From Amphiplicatus sp. (GTDB taxonomy: Bacteria > Pseudomonadota > Alphaproteobacteria > Caulobacterales > Parvularculaceae), in contig JAVJPA010000175.1 of NCBI GenBank assembly GCA_040216495.1, forward strand, positions 7,333-71,332: a stretch of DNA of 64,000 nt. Direction: 5' to 3'. The translations under genes were made by a program, and so were the position numbers. The stretch's first letter is position 1. The number at the start of each line of letters is the position of its first letter. Of the stretch, positions 8,044 to 14,584 are shown piece after piece. The notes below the pieces were generated by a model, which had not been told where the DNA came from, did not search any database, and saw nothing but the letters and a program-made list of their open reading frames with translations.

Positions 8044-9827
8044 TTGAGCATATCTTCGGGTGACGGCGACCCGGGCACATCGACGAAAGGCACGTCATAT
8101 TCTTTCAGCTTCATGACGAAGGCTTTGGTTTCCGGCGTCACGCGGCCGCCAGCTACGCTGAAAGTGCCGCGCAGCATCAGCGTGCGGAGCGCGTCGCCGT
8201 CTGGCGCAATCCCGTTGCGGGCCAAGCGCTCTCCCCACATCTGCGCGTAATTCTCAAGCCCGAATACCGGATACTCGCAGTGAACGGTGCCCCCGGATTT
8301 GTCATCCACGCAATTTCTGAGAAGCCCTCGCGTCAGTCCGTGTGCGACTTTTTTTTCATTTATCTTCGCAATGAATTGCCGGCCCGTCATGTCAACGGGA
8401 ACGAAATCAGCGGGTGAACCGTTGAGATAATCGAAAATATCCATCGGCTGCGTTGAGTCTTTCTTGGCCAGATACCCGCCGAACGTCGCGTCCATGAGGT
8501 AAAACTCGCCGTTCATGGGAACGATGGTCGTAACATGAGTGAGGTCGTCTTTCAGAACGCCGAAATTCCAGGTGAACGCGTCGATACCCTGATCGGCGAG
8601 CAGCCGTCGGAAGAACACCGACGTGCCGCCACAAAAGCCGCCGCCCTGATTCAAGTCATAATACCTGAAATAAATTTTATGCAGCTCCGCGCTGGATGGC
8701 CTGAATTCCGCATTGACGCTTCGCGTAAGGGCAAAATCGATATTCTTTGACGCCCACTGAAGAAGCTGCAACGCTCTCTCGAACTTCGTTGCGTTGACAT
8801 CTGCTTGCGGCAGCAGCTCTTCGAACTCTTCGCGCGTACGACACCGCCAATTGTCACTGGCGCATGCCGACACCGATTCAAGTTTTACAGAAAACCGGTC
8901 GTCTGAGCCGGCGAAGAACAGCGCCTCGTCGCCTGGCTCCAGCACAACGTGCCGACGCTCCATCGGAAGATAGGCGAGCCCTTGCTTGTTTCGGCGCGAT
9001 AGCGACACCCCTTGCGGAGGCATTCGGTCAAAGATGATCGCGACGCGCCTTGCCTCCTTCGCCGGCGCAAGCCCGAGCCTTACGCCGAACTCGCCTTCGA
9101 AACCCTCGCGGCGCGAGACGTCTATGCGGCCGCTTTTCTCCGCCACCGAGATATCGGCGCCGTTGTACGCCGTCGCGCTTAACGCTGGCGCGGACTTTGT
9201 GAGACGAATCGGGCGAACGACTGAGCCGTCCGCTTCGCAGATCAGCGCTATACCATCGCAAGGCTCAACGCCGACGATCCGAATCGACGCCGCATCATAC
9301 CCTTGCGAATAGATCAGCGCGGAGGACATTTCCGATAAATTGAGGATTACATGCTGACGCGCTGTAGACGAACTGTAGCGCCTATCCCCGTCGCCGTCTT
9401 CGCGAATATTGAACGGCGCGCTTGCGTCGAGATCGAAAAACACGGCGACCCTGCCTGCGCGTTTGCTTTTAGGGGGGCTGGCTGGCGAAAGTTCGACCCC
9501 TGCTTCCTCCGTTCCCTTTGGCGCGAAGGCGATCACGCCTTCCGCTGCCTCGGAAAGAGCCGCTCTGAAAGGACGGAGCGAAACGCCTGCGCGAACGACG
9601 GCGTCGCTGACAGCCTCGTCCCTGGCGGGGATCGGCGCTTTGGTGTCGCTCAAGACGAGGACCGTCGTTGCCAAGGCGGCTACAGCGAGGATTGCCCCGA
9701 GCATGAAAAGATGCGGTGACTTCCGGTTCAAGGTCGCACTCCCGCCTGCAGGACCGGCTTTTCGGCCTGCGGCTCCCTGCCGTATTGGCGAACGCCCGCC
9801 ATTGTCATTTGCGAGCATGGCTCGCAT
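8040..9827 (-). CDS. Membrane-anchored protein with two tandem unknown domains and a C-terminal transglutaminase/arylamine-N-acetyltransferase-like (Cys-His-Asp) domain
   Basis: Hydrophobic segment at aa 41-59; GGGFC(399)GGTSVFFRRLL..QGI, LTH(431)VTTIV, YLMD(446)ATFGG. Confidence 0.7.
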   Translation of the reverse strand: MRAMLANDNGGRSPIRQGAAGRKAGPAGGSATLNRKSPHLFMLGAILAVAALATTVLVLSDTKAPIPARDEAVSDAVVRAGVSLRPFRAALSEAAEGVIAFAPKGTEEAGVELSPASPPKSKRAGRVAVFFDLDASAPFNIREDGDGDRRYSSSTARQHVILNLSEMSSALIYSQGYDAASIRIVGVEPCDGIALICEADGSVVRPIRLTKSAPALSATAYNGADISVAEKSGRIDVSRREGFEGEFGVRLGLAPAKEARRVAIIFDRMPPQGVSLSRRNKQGLAYLPMERRHVVLEPGDEALFFAGSDDRFSVKLESVSACASDNWRCRTREEFEELLPQADVNATKFERALQLLQWASKNIDFALTRSVNAEFRPSSAELHKIYFRYYDLNQGGGFCGGTSVFFRRLLADQGIDAFTWNFGVLKDDLTHVTTIVPMNGEFYLMDATFGGYLAKKDSTQPMDIFDYLNGSPADFVPVDMTGRQFIAKINEKKVAHGLTRGLLRNCVDDKSGGTVHCEYPVFGLENYAQMWGERLARNGIAPDGDALRTLMLRGTFSVAGGRVTPETKAFVMKLKEYDVPFVDVPGSPSPEDMLN

Positions 9828-9972
9828 GCACGCCCGTGCACCCAGCGCACCTTACTGGCTCGAGGGAGCGAGGCAACCCTGACTTTCCCTGCGCGCGCCG
9901 GCGCATTTCTCCTCTCAGGGCGGTGCGCTATGTATGCCCTTTAAATTGAATCGAATCAGAACGGTCCGCACC

Positions 9973-11118
9973 ATGACTGACGACGCCGCTAAACAAGCCG
10001 CCCTCGCCGCCCGCGCGCATGACTGGCTGTTCGGCGCGTGCCTTCCTTTCTGGGCGGCGCGCGGCGTCGATCCGCGCGGCGGCTTCGTCGAGCGGCTGAC
10101 GCTCGACGGCGCGCCGCTCCGCGACGAGACCAGCCGGGTGCGCGTGCAGGCCCGGCAAACTTATGTCTTCGCGCAAGCCGCGCTGATGGGCTGGCGCAAG
10201 GACCGCGCCTGCGCGCTCGCGGCCCTCGGCGTCGAAACCCTGCTCGGCCGCTGCCGCCGAGACGATCTGCTGTTCGGCAAGACCATGCGGCCCGGAGAGG
10301 GGCTCGCCGACGATCAGCCGGACCTTTACGATAACGCCTTCTGCCTGATGGCGCTCGCCTTCGCCGCGAGGGCGCTCGGCGACATGTCGCTTCTCGCCGA
10401 GGCCGGCCGCACGCTCGCCGCCCTCGACGAAAAGCTCGCCCATCCGGCCGGCGGCTACCATGAAACGCTTCCGCCCACTCTTCCGCGCCGCCAGAATCCG
10501 CACATGCACCTGTTTGAGGCCGTGCTCGCGTTGCATGCCGCCAGCGGCGAGGCCCGCTATCTGGAACGGGCCGACGCGCTCGCCCGCCTCGCCGGCGACA
10601 GGTTTATCGATTCCGCCGGCGCGCTGCGTGAGTATTACGCCGGCGACTGGTCGCCGGCCCCCGGCGCGAAAGGCGAGCTGATCGAGCCGGGGCATCTGTT
10701 TGAATGGACCTGGCTGCTCAGCGTTCACGCCAGGGCAAAAGGCGAAGAGCCGCCGGCCGCCGCGGGACTCCTTTACACGGCGGGGCTTCCTTTCCTCAAC
10801 GCGCGCGGCCTTGCGCCGCAGGAAGCGAACATCCGTGGTCGGATTATCGACGGGAGCCGGCGCTGCTGGCAGCAGACCGAAGCGCTGAAAGCGCATATCG
10901 TCATGAGCGAAGCGGGCGACGGCGACGCGCGCGGGCGCGCGGCGCTCTGTCTGTCGAGCTTCTTCGAGGACTATCTCTCCGGCGTTCCCGATGGCGGCTG
11001 GCGCGATCATTTCAGCGCGGAGGGCGCGCCGCTGGCGACGGACATGCCGGCGAGCACCGGCTATCATGTGGTGCTGGCGTTTTCGGAATTTATCCGGGCC
11101 TTCGGCGCAGGGCGTTGA
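9973..11118 (+). CDS. AGE-family (GlcNAc 2-epimerase fold) epimerase/isomerase, possibly mannose-6-phosphate isomerase
   Basis: RVRVQARQTYVFA, DLYDNAF, RQNPHMHLFEA, EPGHLFEWTWL, RCWQQTEALKA, PASTGYH. Confidence 0.88.
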   Translation: MTDDAAKQAALAARAHDWLFGACLPFWAARGVDPRGGFVERLTLDGAPLRDETSRVRVQARQTYVFAQAALMGWRKDRACALAALGVETLLGRCRRDDLLFGKTMRPGEGLADDQPDLYDNAFCLMALAFAARALGDMSLLAEAGRTLAALDEKLAHPAGGYHETLPPTLPRRQNPHMHLFEAVLALHAASGEARYLERADALARLAGDRFIDSAGALREYYAGDWSPAPGAKGELIEPGHLFEWTWLLSVHARAKGEEPPAAAGLLYTAGLPFLNARGLAPQEANIRGRIIDGSRRCWQQTEALKAHIVMSEAGDGDARGRAALCLSSFFEDYLSGVPDGGWRDHFSAEGAPLATDMPASTGYHVVLAFSEFIRAFGAGR

Positions 11119-11130
11119 GGCGGCCTGCGC

Positions 11131-11157
11131 ATTACATTTTTGTAATTTATGCATAAC
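11131..11157. promoter_or_regulatory. Two adjacent AT-rich palindromes (candidate operators) upstream of the DUF2793 gene
   Basis: ATTACA-TTTT-TGTAAT (11131-11146) immediately followed by TTATGCATAA (11147-11156). Confidence 0.45.
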
Positions 11158-11248
11158 TTATTGTTTTTCATCGGCAAATAAAACTTATCCCCGCCCTTTC
11201 AGGCGGGCTTACGCTGCTGGCGTTGAGTTTAACGAGAGCAGTTGCATC

Positions 11249-12484
11249 ATGAATATGTCTCCCCGCCTGTCCCTTTCCTACCTGTCGCCGCAACAGGCGC
11301 AGAAGCATGTCACGGTCAATGAAAGCCTGCGCCGGCTCGATGCGCTGACGCAGCTCGCGGTCGTCTCGCGCAGCCAGACCGCAGAACCCGCCGCGCCGCA
11401 GGAAGGCGACGCCTATATCCTCCCGGCGGCGGCCAGCGGCGGCGCCTGGAGCGCGATGGCGACGGCGTCGATCGCCGCGTTCCAGGACGGCGCCTGGCGC
11501 GAGATCGCGCCCGGCGCGGGTTGGCGCGCCTGGGCGGCCGACGAGGAAACGCTGCTTGTGTTCGACGGCGCGGCATGGACGGCGCTGAGCGCCGGCGGCG
11601 GCGAGCCGTCCATGCTCGGCGTCAACGCCAGCCCGGATGCGACCAACCGTCTTTCGGTGAAGTCCAATGTCGAACTTCTCTCCCATGACGACGTGACGCC
11701 GGGGACGGGCGACGCGCGCAAGATCATCAACCGCGCCGGCTCGGGCGGCGCCGCTTCCGTGGTCTTCCAGACAGGGTTCAGCGGCCAGGCGGAGTTCGGG
11801 CTTATCGGGGACGACCGTTTCCGGCTCAAGGTCAGCGACGACGGCGAGGCCTTTCTCGACGCGCTCATCATCGATACGGCGAGCGGCGATGTGGGCGTCG
11901 GCGCCGCGCCGAAAGCCAAGCTGTTCGTCAAGGGCGACAATCTCAGCGATCCGGGCGTCGGCGACCTGCATATCGAAAAGGACGGTTATTTCGCGCTGTT
12001 TTTCCTCGATACGTATGCGGACGGCGCGGCTTCCTTCTCCATCCAGCGCCGGGCGCGCGGCACGCTGGCCGCGCCGGCGGCGGTGCAGGTAGGCGATAGC
12101 TGCGGCGGCTTTTCCTTCCGCGGCTACAATGCGGCGGGCGGGTTCACGCAGGCGGCGATCATCTACGCGCCCGTCGACGGCGCCGTCTCGGGCGCCGCCG
12201 TGCCGACGGCGCTCGCATTCTCCACCGGTTCGGCCTCAGCGGCCGAGCGGATGCGCATAACGTCAGCCGGAGATGTCGGCGTCGGCGTTTCGGCGCCGAC
12301 CACGAAGCTGCATGTGGACGGGCCGGTGCGCTGCAAATCCTACACGGTCGCGGGCGCGCCTTCGGCGGCTTCCGCCGGCGCGGGCTCGATGATCTTCGTG
12401 AGCAACGAAAGCGGCGGGGCGACGCTGGCTTTCAGCGACGGCGCCAACTGGCGGCGCGTCGCCGATCGGGCGGTGATTTCATGA
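11249..12484 (+). CDS. DUF2793 protein, GTA/phage tail-fibre-like
   Basis: SPRLSLSYLSPQQAQKHVTVNESLRRLDAL, GDAYIL, AFQDGAWREIAPGAGWRAW, FQTGFSGQAEFGLIGDDRFRLKVSDDG, two GDVGVG..P..KL.V.G repeats. Confidence 0.85.
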   Translation: MNMSPRLSLSYLSPQQAQKHVTVNESLRRLDALTQLAVVSRSQTAEPAAPQEGDAYILPAAASGGAWSAMATASIAAFQDGAWREIAPGAGWRAWAADEETLLVFDGAAWTALSAGGGEPSMLGVNASPDATNRLSVKSNVELLSHDDVTPGTGDARKIINRAGSGGAASVVFQTGFSGQAEFGLIGDDRFRLKVSDDGEAFLDALIIDTASGDVGVGAAPKAKLFVKGDNLSDPGVGDLHIEKDGYFALFFLDTYADGAASFSIQRRARGTLAAPAAVQVGDSCGGFSFRGYNAAGGFTQAAIIYAPVDGAVSGAAVPTALAFSTGSASAAERMRITSAGDVGVGVSAPTTKLHVDGPVRCKSYTVAGAPSAASAGAGSMIFVSNESGGATLAFSDGANWRRVADRAVIS

Positions 12485-12506
12485 CGGCGCCGCTTCCGCC
12501 CGCAAC

Positions 12507-12542
12507 CCAAAAAACAAGGCCGCGCATGTGCGCGGCCTTGTT
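12507..12542 (-). terminator. Intrinsic terminator between the convergent DUF2793 and PEP-CTERM-like genes
   Basis: 13-bp stem AACAAGGCCGCGC/GCGCGGCCTTGTT with a T-run on the minus strand. Confidence 0.75.
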
Positions 12543-12567
12543 GAGACGATTGCAGCCGGGCGAAAGA

Positions 12568-13275
12568 TCAGGCTTCAGCCTTTTTAGCGCGGCGGCGCAA
12601 GAAGCCGCCCGCCGCGATCGCCGAAGCGAAGAGCACGTAGGCGCCGGGGATGGGGTTTTGCAAAACCGGTCCCGGAACAAGGCCAAGCTCTTCGGCGGTC
12701 ATAAAAATATTGTCGAAATTGATCTGCACCGACGGCCCGCCGGCGGCGACCCGGAAGAAGACGCCAAGCTGCTGGCCGGCGTAGGCCTGGGTCAGCAGAG
12801 CGTCGATCAGGAGGGTCTGCACGTTCCACTGGCCGAGGCCGGGATCGCTGAGATTGAGCGTCGCGATGACATTGTCGAGCGTGCCGGCGAACACGCCCAT
12901 CTCGCCGTTAAACAGGCTGCGGTCGGCGCGATGGCCGATCAGCGCCGACAGCGAAAGGTCTGCGTCGCCGGTAATGGTGTAGTTGAGCGTCTGATAGGCG
13001 ACGCCGCCATTGCTCACATAACCGAACCGGGAGCCGGCCTCGCCGGGGATGGCCGCATAGGCGGGATTGCCGCCGACCCCGGCCCAGGTGCCGGCGTAGC
13101 CGCTGGACTGCCAGCCCGCGAAACCGGCGCCGAAGTAACCATATTCCGTTCCGCCCGAAGGCAGGGCGTAGGCGTCTTCGAAATTGGCGTTTGCAACAGA
13201 AATGGCGCCCGCAGAAGCGGCGGTCGCGCCAAGGGCGAAAAACCCAATCAGAGCGGCGGTTACAAGACGATACAT
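12568..13275 (-). CDS. Secreted protein with a PEP-CTERM/VPLPA-CTERM-like sorting signal (NPIPGA variant)
   Basis: Signal peptide MYRLVTAALIGFFALGATAASA; C-terminus NPIPGA + hydrophobic helix + LRRRAKK. Confidence 0.8.
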   Translation of the reverse strand: MYRLVTAALIGFFALGATAASAGAISVANANFEDAYALPSGGTEYGYFGAGFAGWQSSGYAGTWAGVGGNPAYAAIPGEAGSRFGYVSNGGVAYQTLNYTITGDADLSLSALIGHRADRSLFNGEMGVFAGTLDNVIATLNLSDPGLGQWNVQTLLIDALLTQAYAGQQLGVFFRVAAGGPSVQINFDNIFMTAEELGLVPGPVLQNPIPGAYVLFASAIAAGGFLRRRAKKAEA

Positions 13276-13338
13276 ACTAAAGGTTCCCCAAAAACCCGGA
13301 CTAAACCGAGCTTACTAATAGGTTATTGGGGGGTTCAA

Positions 13339-13354
13339 AGCAATATCGGCGCCG
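13339..13354 (-). promoter_or_regulatory. Candidate sigma54 (-24/-12) promoter of the PEP-CTERM-like gene
   Basis: Minus strand CGGCGCCGATATTGCT: GG-N10-GC with TTGCT, about 65 nt upstream of the ATG. Confidence 0.5.
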
Positions 13355-13428
13355 CTTTCCGGCGTGTATTTCTTAAGAAAATACATCAATTTGCAGAGGC
13401 TGGCTCGAGCGAGTTCTTGTCTGCGGGG

Positions 13429-14469
13429 TTATTTCGGGACAGGGGTCGCCCGGGAGGGGTTCTCTTGCGCCCTCCGGTCCCCGGCTACAGGCCGCAGGTC
13501 GCTCTCGCGGCGCATCACCTTGAGCGGCGACCAGGTCAGCGCGCGGGCGAGCTCGCGCAGGCCGATGCGCCGCCCCTTCTGGATCGCGCGCCGGCGCGCG
13601 CGAAGGGCCGCGAGCCCGCAATATCCGTCCCGGAGCGCCTTCAGGTAGGCGGCGGCGTTGCCGAGCAGGCTGTGGCGGATCAAAAGATAGAGATCGACCG
13701 CAAAACGGAACGGCGCCAGCGGCCAGTAGATTTCCGCCGGCATGTTCTTGTAGGTCGCCCAGATGCGGTTTCGGTTGCCGTGATAGACGGTGAAGCCGCT
13801 ATGGCGCCCGGTGATGCCGGATCCTTCGTGAAAAACCTTTGCGCCCGCAAGCTGCACCGCGCGCCCGCCGTCGAGCCGAAGGCGGAAGCCGAGATCCACG
13901 TCCTCGCCGTAGCAGAAAAAGCTTTCATCGAACCCGCCCAGCGCTTCGAAGCGGTCGCGCCGGTACATGGCGGCGGCGGCGCAGGGCGCGAAACATTCGC
14001 CGTCAGGGGGCGCCTGCTCAACAGGCCGGCCGTACCCGCCGCGATAGGCGACGCCGAACACATGAAAGACGTCGCCGGCGCCGTCGAGCTTCGCGGGATC
14101 GAGGGCGTCGATCTGGGTCGAGCCGAACGCATCGGCGAAGGGATAACGCGCCGCGCCTTCCAGCAGCTTCTCGACCCAATCCGGCGCCGCATAGGCGTCG
14201 GGATTGAGGAAGATGAGCCACGCCCCTCGCGCGCGCGCCGCCGCGCGGTTGTTGGCGGCGGCGAAGCCAAGATTGGCGCCCGCCTCGATGAGAACGGCCG
14301 GCAGCGCGGAGGCTTGGGCCGCCGCCTGCGATCCGTCCGAGGACTGATTGTCGATGACGATGGTCTCGAAATCGCGCCGAGTCTGCGCCTCGAGACAGGC
14401 GAGGCACTTCGCCAGCCGGTCGCTGGAATTGAAATTGACGATAATGACAGTGGCGACCGGATCGGTCAT
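13429..14469 (-). CDS. GT2-family glycosyltransferase (rhamnosyltransferase-like)
   Basis: IIVNFNS, IDNQSSDGS, NLGFAAANN, FLNPDA, GGFDESFFCYGEDVDLGFRL; start moved to MTDP. Confidence 0.9.
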   Translation of the reverse strand: MTDPVATVIIVNFNSSDRLAKCLACLEAQTRRDFETIVIDNQSSDGSQAAAQASALPAVLIEAGANLGFAAANNRAAARARGAWLIFLNPDAYAAPDWVEKLLEGAARYPFADAFGSTQIDALDPAKLDGAGDVFHVFGVAYRGGYGRPVEQAPPDGECFAPCAAAAMYRRDRFEALGGFDESFFCYGEDVDLGFRLRLDGGRAVQLAGAKVFHEGSGITGRHSGFTVYHGNRNRIWATYKNMPAEIYWPLAPFRFAVDLYLLIRHSLLGNAAAYLKALRDGYCGLAALRARRRAIQKGRRIGLRELARALTWSPLKVMRRESDLRPVAGDRRAQENPSRATPVPK

Positions 14470-14584
14470 GGTCGGGGCGGCCTTTGCGCAAGCGGCTTGG
14501 CGGATGGCGTTCGGGGCGCGGCGGGAGTAACAGCATTCCCGGTTCAAGGCCAGCAAGCGGGCCAAGCAACAGGAGAAGCAGGTT

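Noticed and set aside
8349-8356. 8-nt A/T homopolymer in the Cys-His-Asp gene as a phase-variation site
   Set aside because: Short, encodes ordinary Glu-Lys-Lys-Val, and lies in an A/T-richer gene; no evidence of slippage.
1319-9827. Lasso-peptide cluster (AsnB-like cyclase + transglutaminase-like B2 protease)
   Set aside because: Both AsnB proteins keep a full glutaminase domain with Cys2, which lasso cyclases lack. I found no PqqD/RRE gene or precursor ORF, and the context is glycosyltransferases.
11249-12484. Prophage remnant, or the common 'ribonuclease III' label for DUF2793 proteins
   Set aside because: No other phage genes, att sites or integrase nearby, and no RNase III signature in the sequence.
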